From the NCBI GenBank assembly GCA_002269645.1, contig NIVC01000666.1:248001-312000 (forward strand): DNA of 64,000 nucleotides, written 5' to 3'. Position 1 is the stretch's first letter; each line of letters opens with the position of its first letter. The translations under genes and the position numbers were made by a program. The notes under the pieces were generated by a model. The model saw nothing but the letters and a program-made list of their open reading frames with translations. It made no database searches and had not been told where the DNA came from. The DNA comes from Macrostomum lignano (lineage: Eukaryota). This document shows, piece by piece, positions 12,439 to 24,790 of this stretch.

Positions 12439-15400
12439 GGGTAATTCCACGAGATGACGGTCGTTGGGTTGGAGCAAATAATAATCAGTAATCATACAAA
12501 AGACAAACTAAATTGAGACTTTGTGAGTTCTATATTTATGGGCGTGACCTCTAGATTGAGATGAGATACATTTTAAAGTCATTTGTCTTACTGTGTTGAT
12601 TTAGCAGAGAGAAACTTTCGATGACGGTCGTTTTTGGTGAAAGTTTATGTATCCAACTTTATAACTTAAGTTTAAGATTCCTGCGAATCAGGCAAGTTTT
12701 TGTCTCAATTGATCATTAATTGTAGTAAACAATAGCTAGATGAATGGTTACAAACAATTATTACATTTTAGTAGACAACTTTAACTGTGTTGCACATTTT
12801 TTCTTAAATGACGGTTGTTGACTGACGGTCGTTTGTTTCAAAAAACGACCTTCAGTTTTAAAAAGTGTATTAGGATGCTCTATTTTTAGATACAATCTTG
12901 GTTAAAAGATTGTTTATAATCCATAGTTGTTCATATAAAAACTATAACTTGCTTGTCTAACCATAAAATTTATTATACCTGTTTCACATTTCAGATCAAA
13001 CGTACTTATGCACCTTCAACAAAAACATCACTTCATGATTGCACAACTCAACATATGATCATAAAGATGGACAGTCCTAATCTATTCAAGAATTCAAAGA
13101 ATAGAATATAACAATTAACAAAACCAAAGGCAAATACAGATTATTTGTTAGGCAATAAGCAGTAGCACCAATGGATAGTAAAAACTTGAGTCTAGTTAGA
13201 CTACTTATACTGAAGATTGGGGCATGTGTTAAGGTGCATTGCAAACTAAAGTGGAGAGTTCTAGGTGCATGGTTAGTAATTGGAACAACCTTTTTAAAAG
13301 TTCAGGTTGAAAATGATTTTAAGGTATCAAACAAGTAATTGACAGTATACATTTTTAATAAAAGACTTGAATTCCACTATATTTTTCTTTACAATCAAAA
13401 CTGTAAAAACTTTGAAAGAGAAATTGAATAAGTAATTCACATTAAAAAAAGACATGATTTTAGAATATCAGTAAATTCAGTTTTTTGTATAAAATTTAGG
13501 AATAAATGATAGTAATTCAGGTTTTATAAAGATCAACAAATTTCAGAATACTAGAAAATGATGGTCGTTAGGTAACTTTGCAGGGTTTTTTTAGCATGAT
13601 ACACTTATCATAAACTAACAAAAATGACTATAAACTTAAATATAGGCTCAGAAAATATTTTAGCAAAAAATTATCAACTTATAAACCTCTTGAAAATTAG
13701 TACAACAACTTTTTGTAAAAAAAAATGATGGTTGTTTTTAACACTTAAAAAAGGGAAGTCAAACTTTTTAAAATAAAAAATTATGATAGATAGAACTATT
13801 GAAGTGAAACGAAGGCGCCGTTAGCAAGAGGATGGGAGAAATCAGCCGACACGCGCATGATGCGTGAACAAGCATCCAGCCTTGGCAGCAACTCCCCAGA
13901 TGCACAAGATCTGCATGCCTAAAAATAGTCCTGATGATCGGCGAGCAAGAAGCCCAGCCATGCGACCCTCGCGTGATGCATGCACAACCTCTGACCGACA
14001 CTGCCTATTGGGCCTCGAAATCCCACTCTCTCCCCCTACTGCTCCTATTCCTCGTTGCTCGCGTACAGTGTGCTAGCTTATAAAATATACTGATTGAAGA
14101 GGAAAGATCCTCGCCTGAAGTTTGAGAATGTGACTCTAGAGATCACACAGAGAAAGTTACCATCGAGGTCCATTGTTCGTTGTCTTCCTGAACTGTTGGC
14201 AGAAGGAAACGAATAATATGGGAAAAACCCATATAAATTGTCGTTTCAATTGGTTCCACTGACCGCGTGAGTCACCGCTAGACAGAAGTCTCAGACACCA
14301 TGCAGTTATCGCTCTGCTGCATGTCTTCCACAGCCATCCGAGTAAATCGAGAACTGAGACTTTCCTGCCTTCAGTAAAGGAAAACTTCGAACTAGACAAG
14401 ACCAATGGATGAAGATCAAGAAGCGACACAGTTTACCCTTCCAAGAAGAAACTTTCGTTGAGAGATCTACACAATCAATTTGGTCAAGACGGTATTTTTC
14501 GACGTCCTATTTAACTGCAATGTACCTTCAGCCAGCATCCCGATCTGACTGTCTACCAGACGCTGTTTCAATTTGTCGAGTCTCCGTGTCCAGTCCTATT
14601 TGCGTCACTGTTTAGGGCATCGAAAAGCCCATTCAATTTGTCGAGTTTCCGAGTTCACGTCAATCCCCCTCTCAGATCTGATTAAATAGTCAGGAGGATA
14701 TGCTGGTACAATTCATCCACTGTTGTCACAAGTTCACTTTGCCCCTTGACCAAGTTTCGTGTTTCAACAACATCAACTCAACTGCAAGTTACCAAGTGGG
14801 ACTGCGTATCGCAAGCAAATGCACAACTGTACGCCATGTCATCATTGCTCCAAGCTTATTTTCAACAGAGCTCGGAGGGCCTCGCTTCCCTGAAAAAAGA
14901 GCGACTGAAGTGAAACGAAGGCGCCGTTAGCAAGAGGATGGGAGAAATCAGCCGACACGCGCGTGATGCGTGAACAAGCATCCAGCCTTGGCAGCAACTC
15001 CCCAGATGCACAAGATCTGCATGCCTAAAAATAGTCCTGATGATCGGCGAGCAAGAAGCCCAGCCATGCGACCCTCGCGTGATGCATGCACAACCTCTGA
15101 CCGACACTGCCTATTGGGCCTCGAAATCCCACTCTCTCCCCCTACTGCTCCTATTCCTCGTTGCTCGCGTACAGTGTGCTAGCTTATAAAATATACTGAT
15201 TGAAGAGGAAAGATCCTCGCCTGAAGTTTGAGAATGTGACTCTAGAGATCACACAGAGAAAGTTACCATCGAGGTCCATTGTTCGTTGTCTTCCTGAACT
15301 GTTGGCAGAAGGAAACGAATAATATGGGAAAAACCCATATAAATTGTCGTTTCACTATATTAGATCATAAAACTTTATAATTTCAGTCTTTAGATATAAG

Positions 15401-15684
15401 AAAGAAAGATTTTTATTATTTATGCACTTGATGCATTATGTTTATTAACTTTTTTTCTTATTGAAAACTAGATTAAACTTTTTATAATGTCCCGCGGGAC
15501 ATTTAAAATCTTGCAAGGGTACCATGATCAAAACAAAATATATATACCTAGAGGTAGATAAATGTGTATGAAACTACATAAAAATGAAACTATACATAAT
15601 TATATGCAAAATGAAATATTCACATTTGCAAATAATTTTTAAAAAAATTTCTATACCTTTGATGACCCTATCATGGAATAACCC
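12439..15684. mobile_element. Possible degenerate TIR DNA element hosting the LTR insertion
   Basis: Left end GGGTAATTCCACGAGA; reverse complement of the right end GGGTTATTCCATGATA (13/16 match). Internal repeated GATGACGGTCGT motifs. No clean TSD. Confidence 0.3.
13800..15354 (+). mobile_element. Non-autonomous LTR retrotransposon, 1555 bp, with two 449-bp LTRs (13800-14248, 14906-15354)
   Basis: Both LTRs run TG...CA and I saw only one substitution between them. 4-bp TSD CTAT. PBS-like TGGTTCCACTGACCG at 14251-14265 and purine tract GAAAAAAGAG at 14892-14901. No gag/pol ORF in the 657-bp interior. Confidence 0.92.
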
Positions 15685-18489
15685 TAAATATAAATGAAAA
15701 GCTAGGTGATAGTTCTTTGGTTTAGAATACCAGATCTATTACACAATATTAGATAGAAAACATAAGGAGATTGTATATTTGATCTACATTTATTTATAGT
15801 ATTATAAAAAGACAATATTATTAGAAAATTCTAAAGTTCTAGAAACTTCTTTTTATTTTTACTAATACTAGATACATAAAAGAAAATGTATTAAATTTCT
15901 TTATTAAATGTGCCAGCATCTGCTTGATAATAATAGGGGGACTTATAGAGTTTTGATATTAGAAATACTTTGAGATATCAAGGGACAAAGCTAAATTATA
16001 GAGGTCATAGGCCATAGGCCTATTTGAATCCCTGACCTGAATGTTCTTGTTTTTTAAAACAGACTAACGTCGATAGATAGGACTACTAAATAATGATTTG
16101 AAAACGAAGTTGGAACCCTTCAAAGAATGAACATATTTCAAAATTCTGCTACTTATCAATTATTGCAGCATCATCATGCTGATCTCTATCGAAAAAAAAA
16201 TTTCTTAATCTTTACGCATGAAAATAATTTTTAAAAAAGTCCCCTGCAGCCTTTTACATAGTATAACAAATTTTAGAAAGCAATGTTAAGTTAAAAATTT
16301 GCGCTTTATCGCTTTGCTTTGAACCAAATAACTCTACGTAGGTTAGCCTACCTTTATAGTTTAAAATAATGCTAAATTTTGTCTGCACTTTGGTACGCTT
16401 CAAAATGAGACTAGGCCCTGGCCTAGACTTTTAAAGCTGCGTAAGTGTAATTTTATTTTATTTATGGCCAATACTTCAATAGTCCAAGACTAAATAGTTG
16501 CAGATGCTAAACAGAGACACTGAACAGGTTCTGGTACCGCCTTAATAAAATATCAATATTATACAGACCTATTGTATTAATAAAATTAAGCTAACTGCTA
16601 ACTTGTAATTCAGAATTTCAGACAGAAATTACAAGTTTTATGTTAATGATTAAATTAAAGCCAAAATGTGCTAGGCCCTAGTATTTTATTTTATTTTAAC
16701 AATAAAACTTTGAAGTTTTACTTTTTAGTAATAGCCTAGTTTTAGTTAAGGCTTTATAGAGATTTAGTTTTAGTATAATTGGATAGGGGGGCTTATTAGG
16801 CCTACTATAGGCCCCTACAGCCTAGGCTTAACTATAGGTATAAGGCCTAGTTTATGCCTAGAGTGATAAATGCTAATAGCTAAGTATAGGCCTTTGATTT
16901 GAACCTTTTTAGATGCCACATTAATCATTATACTGATACAATGTCCCTGGACATTTCTGTGACAAGATATTTTGAAGATAATTTATAAATTTAGAACATT
17001 TAGAATATTGACAAAATTTTAATACAATGTTGCTGTTGCCATAAGAATCATTAATACTATTATTTACACATGCAAAATTTACACACGTGTGCAAGCGCCT
17101 AATGCTACTAATAGTAATAATAATAGTTTTTGTAAATAAATTTGTCAATAATAATTTCGAGTTTTATCACTCAAGAATAGTATTCACATATTATTTGTTT
17201 TAATCTTCTAACGTTTAATAATAATATTCATGTAAAAATTGTATGTATTTTTAAACCGAAAACTAATTTTAGCCCTATTTGTTTTAATACTGCATATATC
17301 AAAATTAATATTGATCAAGTCTCAAAATAGTATAAATAGACGGGATCTGGCCAGAGAGCCACCAACTGGCTGATTGCTTGTTCCTAAATTAGTCTCAAGT
17401 CTCGCTACTTGTTGAGCCTTAAACTGTTACTTAGAAATCTTTTCAAGACTTAGTAAATTTTTCGATTCAAAGAGTGAAGTGGAAGTTAATCATATCACAG
17501 ATACTACTGATACTCAGAATACCAAGGAGATTGAAGTAAAACAAAGTAGATCTCGGGAATACATATACAGTATTGAGAAGGCTGTGACCCTCTAATCTCG
17601 GGAACGCCTAAACGACTGGACTAGACGATCAGACACTTAAATAACTACAAAAGAATTACAAGGAAGATCATTCTGAGAAATACATTCCAGGCCAATAGTA
17701 GACCACTCGGCATATACTAAGAACGCTACCAATACATATACTAAGAACGCTACCAATAGAAGTAGATACTTAGACTAATCCTTAGACATATACCTAGACT
17801 TATTCTTAGACTTATACTTAGACTGATACTTAAAGACTTATACTCAGACCTATTCTAAGAAACATTTCTCAGATTATTCTAATATTGATAAACTCATAAT
17901 TTATTAATCAAATAATCTTGGTGGCAGCTACCAACCTAAGAAGAACACTTAAGAGATTAGTAAATTAGCCCTGTGACAGCTTTTGGTGACAGTGTGAAAT
18001 TATTATTAGAGACAGAAGTAACCCCTAGGACACACGCAAGCACTCATATACATACACACATATATATATATAGCTAGCTTTTTTAACATTTGACTTTGAA
18101 CCTCCACTTGTATATATTATACAAGCTGCAGGCATGCCACTTTTTACCTTGCTTTGTATATGCATGTGTATGAGTGTTTTTGTGGATAAATTTTGCAAAT
18201 ATAATGCTATACTTATGGCAATGTTATATTATAATTTTGTCTCTTATATATCTTATATTCGTGAATAGATTGCATGAGTTTACATACACGAAAAAAAAGA
18301 AAGTTGGAAGGAAACTAAACGGTTGGAGATATTTGCTTCTGGCTTTGTGTATTTAAATGCAACATATTAGCTCCGGAACTTTCAGAAAAATCCTAGCATT
18401 ATAATAAATTATAATTAATAAGACATTTACATTACACTTCCATGCGAAGCTTGATGACATAATTAGTTATTCCGATTTATATATTATAT

Positions 18490-18576
18490 ATATTGGCAGA
18501 CGAAACGACTATATCGTATATTGGCAGACGAAAAGGCGGCAGACGAAAAGGCGGCAGACGAAATGACCGTCGAACC
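18490..18576. mobile_element. Single end of a DNA transposon with subterminal GGCAGACGAAA repeats (ends ...ATGACCGTCGAACC)
   Basis: Four GGCAGACGAAA copies ending at a TIR-like sequence; the partner end was not found. Confidence 0.3.
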
Positions 18577-19478
18577 TATATTTGGCTCTTTTAGCTAGGC
18601 CCTATAGGCATGCCACTTTTCATCTTGCTTTATGTGTGCATGTGTATGAGTGCTTTTGTGCATAAATTTTGCAAATAAAATGATATATTTATGGCAATGT
18701 TATGTTACAATTTTGTCAATACTGGTTGCAAATGACAAAAGTGATTAACATTTTATTTTAAATCAGGCTGTTACATAGGCCACCTTATATTTCTTCTTTA
18801 GTTTAATTCAAAAAAAGTAATTAAAAAGCTCAATAATAGTTTTGTACAATATATATTATTATTGTAATAAATACTTATTTAAACAATTTAGATCTAATAA
18901 AAAATTGTATAAAAACTAGCAACTATTAGGTCCTAACTTACTAGACCTAACTGCAACAATCAATATATTTTGTGGCATATAGTAAAACAAAATTAAAAGA
19001 AGTAGCATTGAATATATCATTATTAGAATGCCTAACTAACATTGCTATACAAAAATCATAATATAGATAATATATTCAAAATATGTTATTCTTTTTTATT
19101 GAAAACATAGGCCTAGTGCATTACATTATTGCATTTGACTTTACAAGTAAATTTATGTTTGTTTATATTGTGTCCCTTAGTATAGGCTTCTAGGACAAGT
19201 GTATCAAAATCTACTTAGGTTGGTAATGAAGTTAGTAAGTCACTATTCTATTCTGCCATTAACATAGATGGCTATAGGCAATGAGATCTATATATAAACA
19301 AAGGATAGTTTAACATATATCTCTTTGGAAGATACTTTGTTATAGTTATAACAAATGACTTGATATATCCTTTTGCAATCCAAAAATTTGGAGTTTATCC
19401 ATGCTATTTAGTGCTATTAGTTACCTAGGAATTTAGTTTTTTACTTAGTCTTGGGATGGGTATCAGTTTCTGTCTATA

Positions 19479-20096
19479 AGGGTTATCCCAGAAATAGCCG
19501 AAAAACCAGTACAGAGGCTGACTGTGATATTCAAATTTGATGCAACTTGTGTCATAAGTAGAAAAAAGTCCAACAGTTGTTTTGCTTTTTAAATGGGGTA
19601 AAAATGTCAAGTCATTCAAAAGTTATGCCTATAATTAGAACAAAAGATAGGAGGTAGAGTTATACCAAGTCAAAGGGTCTGCAAAGTCATTGTCCTTGAC
19701 TGATGACTTTTCGACGAAGTCACCCCTCAGCCTGCAGCCTGCAGCTGTTCTGCTTCTGCTTCTGCTTCAGATTAGCTTCTGCTTTTTTTCAAGAGCTTAT
19801 GTGATCTTTTGTTTCTTTTCAGCTTCTTTGTTTGCTTTTCTTTTCGAATTGATGGTTCTGACTAAACATCAAAATTTTAGTCTATGGCCAGCATAGTAGG
19901 CTCGACTTGGTGTTACTCTACCCCCTACCCTTTGTTCTAATTATAGGCATAACTTTTGAATGAATTGACATTTTTACCCCATTTAAAAAGCAAAACAACC
20001 ATTGGATTTTTTTCTACTTATGATGCAAGTTGCATCGAATTTGAATATCACAGTCAGCCTCTATACCAGTTTTCCCACTATTTCTGGGACAACCCT
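19479..20096. mobile_element. MITE-like element with ~190-bp terminal inverted repeats
   Basis: Arms ~19479-19670 and ~19903-20096 are reverse complements (mirrored ORFs MNDLTFLPHLKSKTT / MNELTFLPHLKSKTT). Ends AGGGTT...AACCCT, flanked by TATA on both sides. Confidence 0.85.
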
Positions 20097-20429
20097 TATA
20101 TATCTCTAGTCCTTGGTATGAGCTTCTATTATTCTACTTATAGACCTTGGTATGAGCTGCTGCCTCCCTTTGACTTATTTGTCTTAGCTAAAAGGTAGTC
20201 CAAAGACACAATGGGAAGGCAAGCATTGTCTATATCAGATACTACTAATCCCTGAGAAGCCCACATAGGCTAAGCACAGGGCTAGTCAAGGAAGACCTAT
20301 CTGCAATGTGGTCTTCAGTGGTAACTGGTAACAGTCTCATTTGGTAGCCTAGAGAAACTGGATGAGCTGTGGGATATTCTTGGGCTAGCAAGCATTGTAC
20401 AAAGATGGGTTAGGCCTAAGATAGTTGAG

Positions 20430-21175
20430 CTAGTCTTGGTTGAAGGCTGGGCAGTGGCAGACAAAATGCTTGGCATTTTCATTCTTAAGTTATAGAAGGG
20501 GCAGAGTTCACTCTGGCCTGGTAATGCCTGGCAAGGCAACCATGACCTATGAAGTTCACAGTAAGAATGCGGATGTTTTTTGATTTTGGTTCAAAGGGAT
20601 TCTCCGCAGCTTGAGGGATGGATTGGGCACTGCCATTTGGGATTGGCGGCAGTTTGGAATGCCATCCCATCTGTGTATATTGGGGAGTAGAGGTTCTGAC
20701 AGGAGCGGGTGTACATTGGGGGTAGAGGTTCTGATGGGAGTGGGTGTACATTGGGGTAGAGGTTCTGATGGGAGTGGGTGTACATTGGGGGGTAGAGGTT
20801 CTGATGAGAGTGGGTGTACATTGGGGGGTAGAGGTTCTGATGGGAGTGGTACATTGGGGGTAGAGGTTCTGATGGGAGTGGGTGTACATTGGGGGGTAGA
20901 GGTTCTGATGGGAGTGGGTGTACATTGGGGGTAGAGGTTCTGATAGGAGTGGGTGTACATTGGGGGTAGAGGTTCTGACGGGAGCAGGTGTACATTGGGG
21001 AGTAGAGGTTTCACAGGTGTGTAGGTGCAGGATATCCGCCCAGTCGTTAATCTGATGATCAATGACCGCGGCGCGGATGGGGGCCAGAGGCACGGGACCA
21101 AGGAGCAAGCTGGAGCTACCCGTCTTAGCGAGGGAGTCAGCGAGCTCGTTACCTTTGAAACCGGCGTGTCGTGTT
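20430..21175 (-). mobile_element. Degenerate 3' fragment of a non-LTR retrotransposon (RNase H C-terminus, then zinc-knuckle region)
   Basis: HAGFKGNELADSLAK (RNase H motif), FIGHGCLARH, and in a shifted frame ENAKHFVCHCPAF (H..C end of a CCHC knuckle); frameshifted and interrupted. Confidence 0.8.
20690..21010. repeat. ~34-36-bp minisatellite inside the LINE remnant
   Basis: Tandem GGTTCTGATGGGAGTGGGTGTACATTGGGG(G)TAGA. Confidence 0.93.
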
Positions 21176-21339
21176 CCTCCAATTTGTAGTGGTGGTGTGG
21201 CACAGGGCCTGCAAGGCAGCCTGACTGTCAAACCGAACCCACACAAAACCCATTTTCAGCGCTAATCGGAGCACCCAAAAGCTGCCTTGAGGAGATTCCC
21301 TGAGCACCACAGGCAACACACAGGAAGCACAGATTCGCA

Positions 21340-21561
21340 ATGAAGTTCCTTGGTCGCCGATTCGTGAAGGCGCCCAAATACTTGACGCCTCGCCGGCTCG
21401 AGGCCGTGTCCAACTGGTCCTTCACCGCCGGCACCTATGCGGCCTCGGCCATCGTCCTGCTGTTGTTCGTGACCGACTGGCGGGTCACCAACCGCTTCAT
21501 CCCAATCTACGGCAGGAAGTTCGCCGAGATGGACAAAGCCGAGGAGGAGCGACTGAACTAG
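21340..21561 (+). CDS. UQCR11: Cytochrome b-c1 complex subunit 10 (6.4 kDa subunit), 73 aa, single coding exon
   Basis: NWSFTAGTYAASAIVLLLFVTDWRVTNRFIPIYGRKF matches the family pattern NW.PT...WG...LVW.TDWR.I...VPY...KF; one TM helix; AATAAA shortly downstream. Confidence 0.88.
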   Translation: MKFLGRRFVKAPKYLTPRRLEAVSNWSFTAGTYAASAIVLLLFVTDWRVTNRFIPIYGRKFAEMDKAEEERLN

Positions 21562-21884
21562 CGATCTTGACTAAACCAATAGCAGATTTGACGCTGTAAA
21601 CAAACTTTAATAAACTAATTTAGTTCTTACTACTAACCGAAGTAGCATTAGTAGGAAGTGTTTTTCTTCAAACTACAATCTAAGCGATGCGTGTTTTTAA
21701 CGGCAGACAAATTAGTGTAGTAAATGATACTTTGTCATCAACCGAAATTCTTGTGTACTGAGTGTCCAGTCCAGGCCTAGATAAAAATAAATGCGATTGA
21801 AACAACAGAGTTCACATCCACTTTTGCTTAGCTTTGAAGTTATTTATTTTTATTGAAAGTATGTAGATATTAATTTGTGAAATT

Positions 21885-22395
21885 AGCTACCGATATGTGA
21901 AATTAGCATCCCAATATGTGGAATTAGCATCCCATATGTGGAATTAGCATCCCAATATTTGGAATTAGCATCCCATATGTGGAATTAGCATCCCATATGT
22001 GAAATTAGCATCCCAATATGTGGAATTAGCATCCCACATGTGAAATTAGCATCCCATATGTGGAATTAGCATCCCATATGTGAAATTAGCATCCCATATG
22101 TGGAATTAGCATCCCATATGTGGAATTAGCTACCCACATGTGAAATTAGCTACCCACATGTGAAATTAGCTACTCATATGTGAATTTGGTATCCCATATG
22201 TTAAAGAAGCATCCCATGTGTAAAATTAGCATCCCATATGGGAAATTAGCATCCCATATGTGAAATTAGCATCCCATATGGGAAATTAGCATCCCATGTG
22301 TAAAATTAGCATCCCAAATGTGAAATTAGCATCCCATATATGAAATTAGCATCCCATATGTGAAATTAGCATCCCATATGTGAAATTAGCATAGC
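21885..22395. repeat. 19-20-bp minisatellite (TGTGAAATTAGCATCCCATA)
   Basis: Tandem copies. Confidence 0.95.
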
Positions 22396-22537
22396 AATTG
22401 TGAAATAAAACTGTCTTCTCTTTGAAATTAATTTCAGAAACGCGCCAAAATTTACAGAATTATGAGCCATTAATATTTTGTTAAACTCGGTGAGTACATT
22501 ATGGGTGCTGTTTATAAAGAGTTTATCCCATTTATTA

Positions 22538-22770
22538 ATAAATCCCATGATGACAAACTCACATTTGAAATTTCCGGGCATCATTGCAGTGCAGATTTTA
22601 CACTTGATTCTTTTGTCTTTACTTTTTTGTTTTATTATCTAATGAGTGCCTGATTATTCGTTATCTTTTACATTGTTTGCTAGTTATTATTCTACAATTC
22701 GTTACGCCATTAATCAGTGCTGCAGTGCAGTCCCGTTCACACATGATACGGGTTATGAGATCTGATTATA
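22538..22770 (+). ncRNA. Box C/D guide RNA copy 1, SNORD97-like; predicted guide for Cm34 of elongator tRNA-Met
   Basis: C box ATGATGA 22547-22553; D box CTGA 22762-22765; guide CGGGTTATGAGA(T) just upstream of D; long internal hairpin with an AT-rich loop; intronic, 89 nt from the 3' splice site. Confidence 0.75.
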
Positions 22771-22916
22771 ATTCAAAGCACCTTTGTTTTATGTAAGCAA
22801 AGTTTACCTCAGGATTCAAATTTTAATGACAACAAAATAATTGATCTATTTTAGGCAATTCGAGAACTGCACTACTGATGGTAAGTAGTTGGATTATTTA
22901 CCTAGATATATTCTCA

Positions 22917-23150
22917 TAGTAGCACAATGATGACAAAACACAATTTGAAGCAAAGATCACCGCGTCGAGCTGACTCAGGTTGATGAAATCGAATTTATGT
23001 TTTAGCTTTACCTAATTTATGTAAAAATTAATCTTTATTTTTATTTTATTTTTGTTATAATTACTTTTATAAACCAGCTTTGACTTGAGCTCGGCTTTGC
23101 TCGTGTAGTCTTTGATCCGTGATACAGGTTATGAGAGCTGAGTGCTACTG
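22917..23150 (+). ncRNA. Box C/D guide RNA copy 2, SNORD97-like; predicted guide for Cm34 of elongator tRNA-Met
   Basis: C box ATGATGA 22927-22933; D box CTGA 23138-23141; 8-bp terminal stem AGTAGCAC/GTGCTACT; guide CAGGTTATGAGA(G); internal hairpin; intronic, 100 nt from the 3' splice site. Confidence 0.82.
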
Positions 23151-23519
23151 CTGTGTTTCATTAGCTCTGTCTGTTTAGGTAGCAAATTCATGTGGTGTGA
23201 CACTAATCTAATTATACTTTGTTTTTTGTGGAAATTTTTAGACTGAGATCAGCTTCCAAGATGATGGATGATGCTGCAACCTGAGAACCCGAGTGACCGT
23301 TGACAACTGTATAATGTTTATTATCTTTACAAATATAGCAATGGTATTGTCTTTTCGGAGAGCTTTTCTTCTCTACTAAGATTTTGTGCTTTAATTTTTT
23401 TATGTGCGTTTCACATTTATGTGGAGTACGGCACGTTCACGATCATAGGTAAAGCATTGAAGGCTTGGGTGAACTTATAATTGGAGACATTCTTGCAGGG
23501 ACGGTTGAAGGAATGAGGG

Positions 23520-24790
23520 TTTCATTGAAGGGTTGGTTGGGTGAAGGGATCATTGAAGGGTTAGTTGGGTGAAGGGATCATTGAAGGGTTGGGTGGGTGA
23601 AGGGATCATTGAAGGGTTAGTTGGGTGAAGGGATCATTGAAGGGTTGGGTGGGTGAAGGTATCATTGAAGGGTTAGTTGGATGAAGGGATCATTGAAGGG
23701 TTGGGGGGTGGGTGAAGGGATCATTGAAGGGTTGGGTGGGTGAAGGGATCATTGAAGGGTTGGTTGGGTGAAGGGATCATTGAAGGGTTGGTTGGGTGAA
23801 GGGATCATTGAAGGGTTGGGTGGGTGAAGGGATCATTGAAGGGTTGGGTGAGTGAAGGGATCATTGAAGGGTTGGGTGGGTGAAGGGATCATTGAAGGGT
23901 TGGGTGGGTGAAGGGATCATTGAAGGGTTGGGTGGGTGAAGGGATCATTGAAGGGTTGGTTGGGTGAAGGGATCATTGAAGGGTTGGTTGGGTGAAGGGA
24001 TTATTGAAGGTTTGGGTGAAGGGATCATTGAAGGGTTGGGGGGTGGGTGAAGGGATCATTGAAGGGTTGGGTGGGTGAAGGGATCATTGAAGGGTTGGTT
24101 GGGTGAAGGGATCATTGAAGGGTTGGTTGGGTGAAGGGATTATTGAAGGTTTGGGTGAAGGGATTATTGAAGGTTTGGGTGAAGGGATTATTGAAGGTTT
24201 GGGTGAAGGGATCATTGAAGGGTTGGGTGGGTGAAGGGATCATTGAAGGGTTGGTTGGGTGAAGAGATCATTGAAGGGTTGGTTGGGTGAAGGGATCATT
24301 GAAGGGTTGGGTGGGTGAAGGGATCATTGAAGGGTTAGTTGGGTGAAGGGATTATTGAAGGTTTGGGTGAAGGGATCATTGAAGGGTTGGGGGGTGGGTG
24401 AAGGGATCATTGAAGGGTTGGGTGGGTGAAGGGATCATTGAAGGGTTGGTTGGGTGAAGGGATCATTGAAGGGTTGGTTGGGTGAAGGGATCATTGAAGG
24501 GTTGGGTGGGTGAAGGGATCATTGAAGGGTTGGGTGGGTGAAAGAATCATTGAAGGGTTGGTTGGGTAAAGGGATCATTGAAGGGTTGGTTGGGTAAAGG
24601 GATCATTGAAGGGTTGGGTGGGTGAAGGGATCATTAAAGGGTTGGGTGGGTGAAGGGATCATTAAAGGTTGGTTGGTTTGAATAGATTATTGAAGGTTTG
24701 GGTGAAGGGATCATTGGGGTAAAGGGATGATTGAAGGGTTAGGTGAAGGGAGTATTGAAAGGTTATGTGTAGGGATTATTGAAAGGTTGG
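23520..24790. repeat. ~25-33-bp minisatellite (GGGTGAAGGGATCATTGAAGGGTTGGKT)
   Basis: Tandem G-rich copies. Confidence 0.96.

Larger units (their letters stand above)
22438..23448 (+). other. Putative non-coding snoRNA-host exons: ~22438/22458-22489, 22855-22880, 23242-23448
   Basis: Donors G|GTGAGT (22490), G|GTAAGT (22881) and G|GTAAAG (23449); acceptors TTTTAG (22854) and TTTTTAG (23241), with branch-like CACTAAT near 23200. Each of the first two introns contains a C/D RNA. Confidence 0.6.

Noticed and set aside
17340-18000. LTR-like fragment (TGTGAC...GTGACA, TGGTGGCAG/TGGTGACAG PBS-like words)
   Set aside because: No second LTR or TSD, and PBS spacing is wrong.
18125-18710. Diverged ~100-bp direct repeat (about 18130-18225 and 18605-18705)
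   Set aside because: Real but looks like an old local duplication; no boundaries or coding signal.
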